Source of the DNA: a virus
Taxonomy: Duplodnaviria; Caudoviricetes
Virus record (IMG/VR): IMGVR_UViG_3300037634_006988
Location: 1 to 64,000 of that record
DNA length: 64,000 bases
Reading direction: 5' to 3' (one strand)
Under the pieces are notes generated by a model. That model saw only the letters and a list, made by a program, of their open reading frames with translations, searched no databases and was not told the DNA's origin. Below are positions 1 to 9,055 of the stretch, in pieces. Position 1 is the first letter of the stretch, and each line of letters opens with the position of its first letter. The translations under genes and the position numbers were made by a program.

Positions 1-1
1 C

Positions 2-232
2 GTCCGCAAGTGCATTAAAATGCACCCTTAATTCAACATCTGCGGTAGCCTCCAACCCATCCGTATTGATAATTGTTATAGATTTGGCTACTGTGGGAAA
101 TGTAAGCTTATCTGTTGCTCCAGCCGCAAGAGCGACAGACCCAGTAATCCAAGGAACTCCAGACACTTGATAAGATCCAACAGAACCAAGACCAGCACTA
201 AATCTATTTCTTCCACTATCAAAAACTGACAT
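2..232 (-). CDS. hypothetical protein, runs off the window edge (C-terminus missing)
   Basis: Not in ORF track. Manual translation from ATG at 232: MSVFDSGRNRFSAGLGSVGSYQVSGVPWITGSVALAAEQQISLHFPTVAKSITIINT... is open to position 2. It is preceded by an AAAGGA SD and the ACTAATTAT motif. Confidence 0.8.
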   Translation of the reverse strand, partial: MSVFDSGRNRFSAGLGSVGSYQVSGVPWITGSVALAAGATDKLTFPTVAKSITIINTDGLEATADVELRVHFNALAD

Positions 233-250
233 AATTTATAATCCTTTCAT

Positions 251-259
251 ATAATTAGT
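251..259 (-). promoter_or_regulatory. CTAWTTA phage promoter candidate (ACTAATTAT)
   Basis: Intergenic, 18 nt before ATG at 232. Confidence 0.6.
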
Positions 260-262
260 TTT

Positions 263-469
263 CTAATCTTCTCTGTTTGCTCGCTCTTTTCGTTTTTGTT
301 TTTCGAGTTCAACCAATCGTCGAGAATGTTTCTCACGCGCCACTTCTGAGGGCTTTTTATAATATTCTCTTTCTCTACACTCTTCAATAATTTTTGCCTT
401 CTTTACCTTGCGCACAAATCTTTTAATAAGATTTTCAATTGGTTCATTTTTTCTAATCTTTACTTGCAT
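263..469 (-). CDS. rpsU: phage-encoded 30S ribosomal protein bS21
   Basis: 68 aa, basic: V-I-R-K-N-E-P-I-E-N-L-I-K-R-F-V-R-K-V-K-K-A-K-I-I-E-E-C-R-E-R-E-Y-Y-K-K-P-S matches the bS21 pattern (ExxLKRFKR...RxREyYeKPS). Confidence 0.92.
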   Translation of the reverse strand: MQVKIRKNEPIENLIKRFVRKVKKAKIIEECREREYYKKPSEVAREKHSRRLVELEKQKRKERANRED

Positions 470-476
470 TTTTTTC

Positions 477-890
477 TCACTTTAGTTGGGACCATGCGCC
501 CCCCGCAACTTTCATAATTCCGCTAATATCAACACCAGGATCATTTGGGTCCATATCTTTTAGTGCCCCATGTTGAGAATTTTTGCTTCCGCCACCCGAA
601 CGTAGAGGAACTGTTCCTTTAAAGATTCCCTTTAAACCAGTTGAATTTTGAAGATTTTGTTTGGTTTCTTCAAGAGATTTGCGAGCTTCCAAAACTGCTT
701 GTGATGGTTCATTTGATCTAATAATCTTTTTTTCCACAATTGGTTGAGGAGCAACTCCTTGAACATTAGATAACCCTTGAGCAACTTCTGTAATAATGCC
801 CGAAAGAGTGCCATCTTCAAAAATAACCTCTTTAATACATTCTTTAATAAGAGGTTTTAAAACATTTTTTAGTTCATTTCTTTTCATCAA
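477..890 (-). CDS. hypothetical protein, probably head-associated
   Basis: ORF track; tightly coupled to neighbours; N-terminus MKRNELKNVLKPLIKECIKE resembles the local signal-peptide family. Confidence 0.7.
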   Translation of the reverse strand: MMKRNELKNVLKPLIKECIKEVIFEDGTLSGIITEVAQGLSNVQGVAPQPIVEKKIIRSNEPSQAVLEARKSLEETKQNLQNSTGLKGIFKGTVPLRSGGGSKNSQHGALKDMDPNDPGVDISGIMKVAGGAWSQLK

Positions 891-1159
891 CCACCTCGCC
901 GTGCCTTTTCGTCTTCTACTTCTTTTGATTGAGTAAGTTTACTCTGAAGATAGCGCCTGCCTTTGGCCTTTAATTCAGTATCTGTTTGCGGATCCAACTC
1001 TGCTTTGAGAGCAGACAATTTAGCATCAACATCTTCTGCGGCTAATACAGCTGCTTTTTGTGCTTCTTCGGCAATCATTTGAGCGTTTGCTGCTGCCAAA
1101 TCTTCTTGTCGCCTTTCATCAACTAACCTGCTCATTCTTTCTGTAAGCGTCTCTGCCAT
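887..1159 (-). CDS. hypothetical helical protein
   Basis: ORF track; TAATG overlap with the protease gene and ATGA overlap with the next gene. Confidence 0.7.
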   Translation of the reverse strand: MAETLTERMSRLVDERRQEDLAAANAQMIAEEAQKAAVLAAEDVDAKLSALKAELDPQTDTELKAKGRRYLQSKLTQSKEVEDEKARRGG

Positions 1160-1761
1160 TATTTCTCTCCAATAATATCATTTAATAAGCGATTTATACG
1201 GTCTGCTTTTGACCAAACTTGATTTTTCTTTGATTCGTTCATCATCATATAGGCACCTTGTGTTGAAGGTTCGGATACAATATCAAAACAAATTAGTTGA
1301 AAATCATCTTCAACAAGGGTTTGTCCTTGCGATTCATGAACTGAACCAAGACCACGAGAAGATATGCCTAATTTAACGCCATCACCAATAAGAGCTTGAA
1401 GAATTAAACCAGCAGGAGTATTGAGACACTTAACCTTTCCCATTAAATCTTTTCCTTCCCACCAAAGGGATGTAACCATGTGAGAGGCATTTTTAAGATT
1501 AACCACTGAATCTTCTGGGTGGTCAAGTTCCCCGCACGCACGGTTTTCTTTAACCACTTTCATATAATTTTTTGCTTCACGCTGTAAGATTGGACCAGGA
1601 TAAACCCTGCCGTTTCCATTTTGCTCATCACAGCGCTGCATTACACCAGAAAGAAATACTGCGCCTTCTTTGACCTGTCGTTTTTCGTCTTCTGTGAGTA
1701 AATCTTGACAGACTCCACCAGCACATAATTCATAATATTCTCTTAAGATGTATTTACTCAT
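1159..1761 (-). CDS. prohead core protease (T4 gp21-like)
   Basis: Motifs GVMQRCDEQNGNGRVYP, GELDHPE, NASHMVT, KLGISSRGLGSV and FDIVSEPSTQGA are typical of T4 gp21-type proteases. Confidence 0.93.
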   Translation of the reverse strand: MSKYILREYYELCAGGVCQDLLTEDEKRQVKEGAVFLSGVMQRCDEQNGNGRVYPGPILQREAKNYMKVVKENRACGELDHPEDSVVNLKNASHMVTSLWWEGKDLMGKVKCLNTPAGLILQALIGDGVKLGISSRGLGSVHESQGQTLVEDDFQLICFDIVSEPSTQGAYMMMNESKKNQVWSKADRINRLLNDIIGEK

Positions 1762-2429
1762 TTTTTTTGTTTCTCCCGAATTCTTTTCTTTGCTAAATTC
1801 GAATTTTCTCGCTCGTCAATCCTAATATCTGGCATTCCAGGTGACCTAAACACATCTCCGCGTTCTACTGAAGGGGAGCGACCGAGTGTGGACCTACCTA
1901 TTTTACTTGTGGGTTCTTCCGACTGGTGTCCGTGCGCCTCAACATCACCGCCAATTTCTTTAAGTGCTCTCCCCAATTCTTGATAAAAATCAGCTTCTCC
2001 TGTTTCCGACCTGTTGCTTATTTGTTTATATAACTCCATAAATTTGTGCGCTACATCAGGCTCATCCTTGCGGGTAATGCTATTAACCAAACGCTGCACT
2101 GACACATCGAATTCGCTAGATAATGAGGATAAATCTGTTTTAATTTCAAAAAGATTTGGAAGTGCATCTTTAGTTTCACCACCAGTTAAAATTTTATCCG
2201 CCACTCTCCAAGCATCACCCACAGCGTCATGCAACAAGTTAAATTCTGGTGAAGCTTCTTCGCCATCAATTAATTCTCCCAAATAATCTTCAAATTTTTC
2301 CCTGGCTTTTCCTAGTAAAATATAAACTATCCGAGCAACCCTGGCTTCTTCGTCTTTATCTAAGTCTTCTTGAAGCCTTTGTTGTTCTTCTAAGATTATT
2401 CTTTTAAATCGTTCTTTACTGATTCTCAT
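1758..2429 (-). CDS. putative internal head protein with N-terminal signal peptide
   Basis: N-terminus MRISKERFKRIILEE matches the family consensus; lies directly upstream of the protease gene. Confidence 0.65.
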   Translation of the reverse strand: MRISKERFKRIILEEQQRLQEDLDKDEEARVARIVYILLGKAREKFEDYLGELIDGEEASPEFNLLHDAVGDAWRVADKILTGGETKDALPNLFEIKTDLSSLSSEFDVSVQRLVNSITRKDEPDVAHKFMELYKQISNRSETGEADFYQELGRALKEIGGDVEAHGHQSEEPTSKIGRSTLGRSPSVERGDVFRSPGMPDIRIDERENSNLAKKRIREKQKK

Positions 2430-2442
2430 AATTCATTTCCTA

Positions 2443-2541
2443 TTAAAATGCGGGCTCACCCCGCACGAGACTGCACCCCGCTTTACAGCGTCGAACTGGT
2501 CGCAACACACGCCTTTTTGTTATGAAAGCATTTTCAAACAT
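2443..2541 (-). CDS. 32-aa Arg/Cys-rich small ORF (MFENAFITKRRVLRPVRRCKAGCSLVRGEPAF)
   Basis: Manual translation. ATG overlaps the end of 2534..2833, is preceded by a GGGGTGAG SD-like sequence, and the ORF fills the only gap in the operon. GC-rich and contains hairpins. Confidence 0.5.
   Translation of the reverse strand: MFENAFITKRRVLRPVRRCKAGCSLVRGEPAF
2449..2465 (-). terminator. possible intrinsic terminator or regulatory hairpin
   Basis: Minus strand TGCGGG-GTGAG-CCCGCA stem-loop followed by TTTTAATA; the U-tract is short. Confidence 0.35.
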
Positions 2542-2833
2542 TATTCTCACCCCTATTTCTTAAATTTATTCCTTCATCTCCAAAAACCATATTCAACACA
2601 TATGATGTCCCAGAACTAATACACGCCAAAAGGAACGCAGTAGCTATGGAATAGTCAAATGTAAATAGTTCTGTGTATTGGTTAATTGCCCACAAAAAAA
2701 GACCAACCCACCAACCCATACACATAGAACAGTGAAAAAAATGATGCGTTGGTCTGATTTTATTAAAAATTCTTCCGTAGACTACAATTTGCGTAAGCCC
2801 ATAAGCAGCAAGAACAAATAGCAATAAATTCAT
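2534..2833 (-). CDS. small membrane protein with CxxC (DUF1360-like)
   Basis: Three hydrophobic segments and FHCSMCMGWWVG, resembling the C-x-x-C-x-G-x-W motif of DUF1360. Confidence 0.65.
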   Translation of the reverse strand: MNLLLFVLAAYGLTQIVVYGRIFNKIRPTHHFFHCSMCMGWWVGLFLWAINQYTELFTFDYSIATAFLLACISSGTSYVLNMVFGDEGINLRNRGENNV

Positions 2834-3396
2834 TAATAATATCCATAACCACTTAAATAGCGACGAATACGAGATGGGGTAATTGAACCCTTCTTCGGCT
2901 CTTGAGGCACTTCCCCAAGTTTAGTTGAATCTTCTGGGGTGGGATCAACGAGGTGATCTTCTAGTTCGTTTTCTATAAACTCTTGCGCCTCCAAAGCAGG
3001 TGATTGTTTATCAATAAATTGCTTTGTTGACAGCAATACAACTTGAGTAGAGTTTACACCCTCATCCACAGCTTCAGGATATGCCGCTTCCAAACTACCA
3101 AAAACATTTCCAGCTTGCACACTCTCGGGTAATATAATTCCAGCTTGAGTTAAAAAGTTGAAATAATTGTTTTGAAACCCGTATATCTCATCGGTCAACT
3201 CTTTCTTGGGAAAGGTTGTAATCTTGCTTTGAGATGTATCCAGAACAATATCTAAGTGCAAGTGGTCTAAGATCATTATTTTTCCATCAATAGTCTTTCT
3301 TACTTCCAAAGAAATAATGGCATCCGGTGCCGGTCGGCTTGCTTGGGCCGCTTCTTCTGGAGTGATGTTCGGATCTATTTTAATATTAATGGGCAT
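2833..3396 (-). CDS. hypothetical protein
   Basis: ORF track; overlaps neighbours. Confidence 0.75.
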   Translation of the reverse strand: MPINIKIDPNITPEEAAQASRPAPDAIISLEVRKTIDGKIMILDHLHLDIVLDTSQSKITTFPKKELTDEIYGFQNNYFNFLTQAGIILPESVQAGNVFGSLEAAYPEAVDEGVNSTQVVLLSTKQFIDKQSPALEAQEFIENELEDHLVDPTPEDSTKLGEVPQEPKKGSITPSRIRRYLSGYGYY

Positions 3397-4213
3397 CTGA
3401 TTGAAGTTCCTGAAGGAGTCCTTGTATTTTTATAACCTCTTCTACCATTTCTTTATCTGGTTTTTGTTGTTGATAAGATTCCAAGGTTTTTAATACTTTT
3501 TTTGCATTTTCTAACATTTGGGAATCAGATATAAACTCTTTCTTTAAGAATGATTTTTTTAATTGTTCCTTTAATCTTCCAATCTCTTCATTTAGATAAG
3601 TTTTTAGTTCAATTCCATTATTATTAAAAGACGCAATAAACTTATTTAAGAGAATCTTCTGCTCTTGTAATAATTTAGTTCCATATTCATCATTAAATCT
3701 TTTAACAAAAGACTTGTAAACAATATTGTCGATGGGAACCATTTTTGATCCAGTTTTATCAGAAGACATTTTGTCAACAAGTTCGTTCTCTAAAAGAATT
3801 TTAGATTTAACAGGGATTTTATTATTAAAGATTTGTTCAATTGAAGCCAAATTCTTATAATTTGACACAAAATTAGAAAATGCGGTAGTGGATAAAGAGT
3901 TTTTAATTTTTCTAACGAGTTTGTTTTGTTCAGACATTAATTCTTTTTTATCAATATCTCGATGTCGAATTTTTACTTCGTTGATAATTTTTTCAGCAGT
4001 CAAAATATTAACATCTTTGGTGTGAGTGATGGCTCGATAAAGTTTTAGTTCTCGATACATCATAGAATTTCGCGAGAACGATTCTTTAATCAATGCTACA
4101 ATTTTATTTTGCTTACCATCATCTTTAGAAAAGACAGCCTTGGTTAACTCTTGAATCAAAACTTCATAAAGAAAGGCACTGTTCCTTTTTTTATTATGCT
4201 TAAACTTTGTCAT
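3386..4213 (-). CDS. hypothetical Lys-rich helical protein downstream of portal
   Basis: 275-aa ORF coupled to the portal gene. Confidence 0.75.
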   Translation of the reverse strand: MTKFKHNKKRNSAFLYEVLIQELTKAVFSKDDGKQNKIVALIKESFSRNSMMYRELKLYRAITHTKDVNILTAEKIINEVKIRHRDIDKKELMSEQNKLVRKIKNSLSTTAFSNFVSNYKNLASIEQIFNNKIPVKSKILLENELVDKMSSDKTGSKMVPIDNIVYKSFVKRFNDEYGTKLLQEQKILLNKFIASFNNNGIELKTYLNEEIGRLKEQLKKSFLKKEFISDSQMLENAKKVLKTLESYQQQKPDKEMVEEVIKIQGLLQELQSDAH

Positions 4214-6173
4214 TCTTTATGTCCTTCTTTTCAAGATTTTCAATCAACCGCTGAATTTCCACATCATTTTGTAAAATTTCAAGCTCTTCTGTTTCATGCT
4301 TCTCTGTATAATTAGTTTCCAAGTTTTCATAAATACCTCTGGCCAAGCTGTTAAGCTCGGATTGACCCTTAAAAATATTTCTTGGGGTATTTTTGGCCGT
4401 TTCTTGAGAATAATGTCCTTGATAACTTCTTTTTCGTGCGCCCATTCCTCTCTTATCTGACTTCACGGGAATATGTTTTTTACCTTTTGATCGGTCTATT
4501 GGCAACCAACTCATCTCATTTCTTTTTCCTGGGGCTTCTAGAGCGGCTTCTCCTCCTGCCCCTATATCAGGTGATGCCAATAAGGTTTCTTCTTCGCCGT
4601 CTTCTTCGCCAGCACCAAGAGCGCCTTCTTCGCCAGCTCCAAGAGCGCCTTCTTCGCCACCCATCATATCCATACCACTCATCTCGCCACCAGCTCCTTC
4701 AGCCGCCATTCCTGCTTGTTCCAGGGTCATATCAAGTTTTTTGTCGTAAAACATCTCTCTCTGATTACGAACAACTTCTTCGTCAGATAAATCAAAAATG
4801 TGTTTAGCCATCCATCGCCTGCTAAAGTAACCTTCAGTTGCGCTGGAGGCAATATCAAATTTCGTGCGCCAATGCTCAAGTTCTTGCAATTCAGCTAATT
4901 TTGAAGGATTATTTAATCTTAACTTAAACGAAATAAGATCTTTATTTTTATATCCCAAAGTGTATAAATGAATTACTGCAATCTTTTCAAGCTCTGACAC
5001 CACACTTCGCTGCAATCTTGTAATTGTGCGAGCAAAACGAATATCTCTTTGAGCTAAAGTAGTTTTATCTTCTGAACCTTCTTCTCCTTGTGTAAGATAA
5101 GAGGCCGGGATTTTAAGAGCAGAAAACAACTTATCTCTTAGGTATTTTACGTCATCGACATCACCTGTATAAGTTCCTCCAGGTAATGATTCAACCCTAG
5201 TATTGGATGTTCCTCCACGAACAGGAATAAAATAGTCTTCATCGACACTCATGGGATTATAACGCAAATCAACACGTCCGCTTGATTGATCAATAACTTG
5301 ATTGCGCTTCATTTGAGTAACAATTCTTTGCATGTGTTGTTCAACTTCTTTTTCTGCAATGCCACCAACATCAATATAAAAGATTCGACGTTCTGGCGAC
5401 CGAACAACTCGATAGGCCATCATCGCATCTTCCAATAATTGAAGTTGCCGCCAAATGCGCCGACATGCTTCCAAAACTGAAGTTCCATAAGGAGCATATT
5501 TATCATTTCCAAGAATTCTAAAGTGAGCAATTTGCCAATTCTCAAAAGTTAAGCCGCCACTATTCCATTGAAATTGAACATAATTGGGATTAGTTTTATC
5601 TTCTCCCTCCAATCTTTCAATTTCAGACTGTGGTAAACCGACAACGGATTTAACACCCAAAGTCTCATCGATATCCATATACAAGAAATAATCGCCATAT
5701 TTGCACATACTGCGACACCAACCAAATATATTAAACTCTATGTTAAGAACACTATAAAAGAGAGAATGAAGAATTGATCTAATCTCTTCGTTGGGACAAT
5801 TAATAACAAGAAGTGGTTGCACTGGTGAAGATACGGTCATCTCATCAGCATAAATGTCCATGCCGGAAGCAATTTCTGGCATATATTCCATCTGATCAAA
5901 ATCAATATATCTTTCTGCCCGCGCAGCATTGGCTGTAGCATTAGCATAAAGATTATCAAATGGGTTATAGGAGGTTTTTTTGAATGGCAGTCCTGCGGCA
6001 GACTGAAACTTATATTTATCGAGTTGCCATCTTTTAAGTTGGCGAGGGTTTTGTTTTTGATGTTGTGTTAGTGGACCAGACAACAACTTGGTCAATGCCC
6101 TATAAAGAAATGATTCAGAGTTTCTAGGGTTTTTAGTGTTTTTATTATCAGCGCTATTATTTGGGTATGCCAT
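4200..6173 (-). CDS. portal vertex protein (T4 gp20-like)
   Basis: PEIASGMDIYADE, WCRSMCKYGD, LEDAMMAYRVVRSPERRIFYIDVG, EDYFIPVRG, LPGG...DDVKYLRDKLFSALKIPASYL and RDIRFARTI are T4 gp20 family motifs. Confidence 0.95.
   Translation of the reverse strand: MAYPNNSADNKNTKNPRNSESFLYRALTKLLSGPLTQHQKQNPRQLKRWQLDKYKFQSAAGLPFKKTSYNPFDNLYANATANAARAERYIDFDQMEYMPEIASGMDIYADEMTVSSPVQPLLVINCPNEEIRSILHSLFYSVLNIEFNIFGWCRSMCKYGDYFLYMDIDETLGVKSVVGLPQSEIERLEGEDKTNPNYVQFQWNSGGLTFENWQIAHFRILGNDKYAPYGTSVLEACRRIWRQLQLLEDAMMAYRVVRSPERRIFYIDVGGIAEKEVEQHMQRIVTQMKRNQVIDQSSGRVDLRYNPMSVDEDYFIPVRGGTSNTRVESLPGGTYTGDVDDVKYLRDKLFSALKIPASYLTQGEEGSEDKTTLAQRDIRFARTITRLQRSVVSELEKIAVIHLYTLGYKNKDLISFKLRLNNPSKLAELQELEHWRTKFDIASSATEGYFSRRWMAKHIFDLSDEEVVRNQREMFYDKKLDMTLEQAGMAAEGAGGEMSGMDMMGGEEGALGAGEEGALGAGEEDGEEETLLASPDIGAGGEAALEAPGKRNEMSWLPIDRSKGKKHIPVKSDKRGMGARKRSYQGHYSQETAKNTPRNIFKGQSELNSLARGIYENLETNYTEKHETEELEILQNDVEIQRLIENLEKKDIKNDKV
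4308..4316 (-). promoter_or_regulatory. CTAWTTA candidate (ACTAATTAT) embedded in the portal 3' end
   Basis: About 95 nt upstream of the 4213 start. Confidence 0.4.
4601..4658. repeat. 24-bp tandem repeat (~2.4 copies) encoding GEEGALGA in the portal C-terminal tail
   Basis: cttcttcgccagcaccaagagcgc / cttcttcgccagctccaagagcgc / cttcttcgcc. Confidence 0.85.
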
Positions 6174-6178
6174 TTATT

Positions 6179-7768
6179 TTATCCTTTTATTAACCAACCA
6201 AACTCTTTATAAGTTTTTTCAGCCTGTCCTATTCTATCAAAAGATTCAACCTTTTTGTAGCCTTCCATGCCAGGAATTGTCGTATTTAATTTAGTGTTTG
6301 AACTAATCATTGAATTTAAAAAGGCTCTCTTATATTGCAAGTCTCTAGTGTTCTCTTCTAATACTGTATCGCGGACCCAACAAGCAATAGACAACGACAT
6401 TACTAAGTCATCATTATATCCTCTTTGCGCCTCCGGTCTGCCATTTTTCCAAATAAATGTTTTTAATTCTTGATGTGACCTGACAGAATTAATAGTAATT
6501 AGTTCGTTTCTAATGAACTCTTCAAGTTTGGCAACGATTAAAGGTCGCGTTTTTTGAGACGTAGTAAAGCCTGGAACAGTATTTGTGGCTCCCTCTGCAA
6601 GATATTGTTCAACATACTCATGAGTTCCTTTAGTAGAATAATATAGATTTGGATAACCGGCGTCAATGAGTTTTTCCAAAACTGAGAAGCCGATGTTATT
6701 GTTTTCGACGATGACCATCGCCTCTCCATATTCTTTACCAGCATCAAATAAAATTCTTGAAAATAGGTCAGTTGTGGGTTTTCCCCTATATTCACCCACT
6801 TGTTCCATTGTGGTGGTATCGAAAACGTGGAAAACAGAGTAGTCGTTTCCATCTCCTCGCGCAACATCTCCAACAATTAAGTATTTGCTTTCTGGAATAT
6901 ATTCTTTCCAAATCCAAAAGTTTCTATCAAAACCTGTTTGGTGTTTGGGATCACAACATAATTGTTCTATTTTATTTAAATTATCTGGGTGGATGACTGT
7001 TTCTCCAGAAGCATTGAAATTACATTCGTACTCCTGCGCTACTCGCCTTCGTGAAAGGTTGCGTGTTGTTTCCTCAAACCACGCCCGATCCCTTTCTGGG
7101 TGTAAGGTCCAATGAAGTTTTGTTGGATGAAAGTCATTTTCTCCATTAATTGACGCAACATATGTTTTATGAAACCAATTGCCTACGCCATTGGGAGAAG
7201 AAAGAGCAATACATCGCCCACCAGCTGCCATTGTGGGTTGAAGTGCTGTCCACAAATCATCGAAGCCCTCAATATGTGCCGCTTCATCAACAACCAATAA
7301 TGATAATGCCTCGGAACGACCCGCATCGACAGATGTTGATGATGCTTTAATTTCTGATCCATTGTTCAAAACGAATGATGATCTATTATCAATGGCAATT
7401 GAGGCAATTTGGTCAAACCAAGGGGGCAACGCCTTTATCATTGCTTTAACCTTTTTAACAAGATTTGATGCTGTGGCGAATTTGGTTGCAATTACAAGAA
7501 TATTCTTGTCGCGATGAAACAACATCATCCACGAAACATATGCAGCAGTAATTGTTGAAATCCCCATCTGACGGGATTTTAAAATAACGTTATTTCGATA
7601 ATCATTAAACTTATGAAGAAGGTCTTGTTGAAAGTCCCAAGTTTTAAAAGGAATTTGTCCACGTTGTGGGTGAGCAATTCTACAATAATTGTCTATGAAG
7701 TAAACAGGATCTTTGCCACACTTGACAATTTCTTTAACAAGATCTTTTTTGGAAAGGTATTGAGACAT
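6179..7768 (-). CDS. terL: terminase large subunit (T4 gp17-like)
   Basis: Walker A ILKSRQMGIST, Walker B LLVVDEAAHI, SSPNG coupling motif, nuclease motifs GDVARGDGNDYS and DDLVMS. Confidence 0.95.
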   Translation of the reverse strand: MSQYLSKKDLVKEIVKCGKDPVYFIDNYCRIAHPQRGQIPFKTWDFQQDLLHKFNDYRNNVILKSRQMGISTITAAYVSWMMLFHRDKNILVIATKFATASNLVKKVKAMIKALPPWFDQIASIAIDNRSSFVLNNGSEIKASSTSVDAGRSEALSLLVVDEAAHIEGFDDLWTALQPTMAAGGRCIALSSPNGVGNWFHKTYVASINGENDFHPTKLHWTLHPERDRAWFEETTRNLSRRRVAQEYECNFNASGETVIHPDNLNKIEQLCCDPKHQTGFDRNFWIWKEYIPESKYLIVGDVARGDGNDYSVFHVFDTTTMEQVGEYRGKPTTDLFSRILFDAGKEYGEAMVIVENNNIGFSVLEKLIDAGYPNLYYSTKGTHEYVEQYLAEGATNTVPGFTTSQKTRPLIVAKLEEFIRNELITINSVRSHQELKTFIWKNGRPEAQRGYNDDLVMSLSIACWVRDTVLEENTRDLQYKRAFLNSMISSNTKLNTTIPGMEGYKKVESFDRIGQAEKTYKEFGWLIKG

Positions 7769-7773
7769 ACATG

Positions 7774-7782
7774 ATAATTAGT
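7774..7782 (-). promoter_or_regulatory. CTAWTTA candidate (ACTAATTAT) before terminase
   Basis: Intergenic, 5 nt before ATG at 7768. Confidence 0.6.
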
Positions 7783-7790
7783 CAACTGTT

Positions 7791-8486
7791 TTATACATCA
7801 ATTATAATGGGATCTTTTTCTTCTTTAACGATTTTGACTTTGCCGCTTTTAAGACACTTTTCTGTTAATCTTATAGTGGCAATTTGTTTTTCTGAAAGTG
7901 CTCCGCTTTGAAGAAGTTTGCCTAGTTGCAAAATTGTTTGATTATCGAGCCCAGCCTTTCGTGCCTTTTTATGTGCTTTTGCTAATTTTTGCATTGGAGT
8001 TTTAGCTTGAAATGCCCCCATCGCTCCCTTGGCCAAACCACCTAGGGCTGCCCCAACTCCTTTACCTGCTGCACCCAACGTGCCAATGCCCGCTTTTGCT
8101 ATGCCAGATGCAGCTCTCTTTCCAAGATTTATCGCAGCTTCTCCACCTTTTTGGTTAATGTCGGAAGCTCTAAACTTATCAAGCCCTTTTTTAGTTGCAG
8201 CCCCAGCCGCCCCAGCAGCTTTTTTAGTTGCAGCAGCTGCGCCACCAAGTTTTTGTTTCCAAGTAGGGCGCACATCTGGTAAAGGTTCGTCGGTATCACC
8301 ACCCTTTGCAAGCGCCGCTCGTTGTGCTCTTTCTTGCGCCATCCTATCAGCCCGAGGCAGCGCCTCCGAAAGATTTGTAATATTTTCCAGAACTAAATCA
8401 AATCTTTCATCATATGGTTCGTCCAAAAACTTTTCAGCCTCTTCTTTAATAATTTGCTGTATTTTCTTTTCTGTTAGTTTTATCAC
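7791..8486 (-). CDS. putative internal head protein with signal peptide; Gly/Ala/Lys-rich
   Basis: N-terminus MIKLTEKKIQQIIKEE followed by a long GAAA/KK-rich region. Confidence 0.65.
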   Translation of the reverse strand: MIKLTEKKIQQIIKEEAEKFLDEPYDERFDLVLENITNLSEALPRADRMAQERAQRAALAKGGDTDEPLPDVRPTWKQKLGGAAAATKKAAGAAGAATKKGLDKFRASDINQKGGEAAINLGKRAASGIAKAGIGTLGAAGKGVGAALGGLAKGAMGAFQAKTPMQKLAKAHKKARKAGLDNQTILQLGKLLQSGALSEKQIATIRLTEKCLKSGKVKIVKEEKDPIIIDV

Positions 8487-9055
8487 GTCTTAGGTTCCTC
8501 ATCACGTTTTCCCTTAACGTTTTCTGGTTTCTTAGTTTTCGGAAACTTATCTTTTCCAAAACCAATCCAATCCTTCATTGCTTTAGATAATCTTTCTTCG
8601 ACGGTGGTTCCCATTTCTTCTGGTTCAGGCATTCCACCAATCTTAAATCTTTGATTTGCTTGAACCCACGAACGAATATGACTCATGCTTTGAACCAGAA
8701 CATCGGGTTCTTTGTCTTCTTTGGTTAATGTAAGAGAATTACCAGTAATCTTTTTGTATTCTTTCTTGAGGAAGGAAGCAATGTCTTGAAGTCGTTGAGC
8801 CATTTCACCTTCGAAATCACCTTTATAAACATCCCTAAGCATAATCTCACCCTGGTATTTAATGTTTAAAATATTTCCAGCCATGCCGACATTAAAACCA
8901 TCCATTACTCTTTTATCAAGAATGGGGTTTCCCTCTTCTCGTTTAAGACCAACCTTTAATGGTTCGCCCTTATCGTCTAATGCACCGTCATACGCATTCG
9001 CAGCAGCCTGTGAGATTCCATTTACAATATCTATAATGTTACTTTTTTCAGCCAT
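8483..9055 (-). CDS. hypothetical protein
   Basis: 190-aa ORF overlapping both neighbours. Confidence 0.75.
   Translation of the reverse strand: MAEKSNIIDIVNGISQAAANAYDGALDDKGEPLKVGLKREEGNPILDKRVMDGFNVGMAGNILNIKYQGEIMLRDVYKGDFEGEMAQRLQDIASFLKKEYKKITGNSLTLTKEDKEPDVLVQSMSHIRSWVQANQRFKIGGMPEPEEMGTTVEERLSKAMKDWIGFGKDKFPKTKKPENVKGKRDEEPKT

Noticed and set aside
2443-2541. tRNA in the GC-rich gap
   Set aside because: It contains GTTCGA but I could not form a cloverleaf (no matching acceptor, D or anticodon arms).
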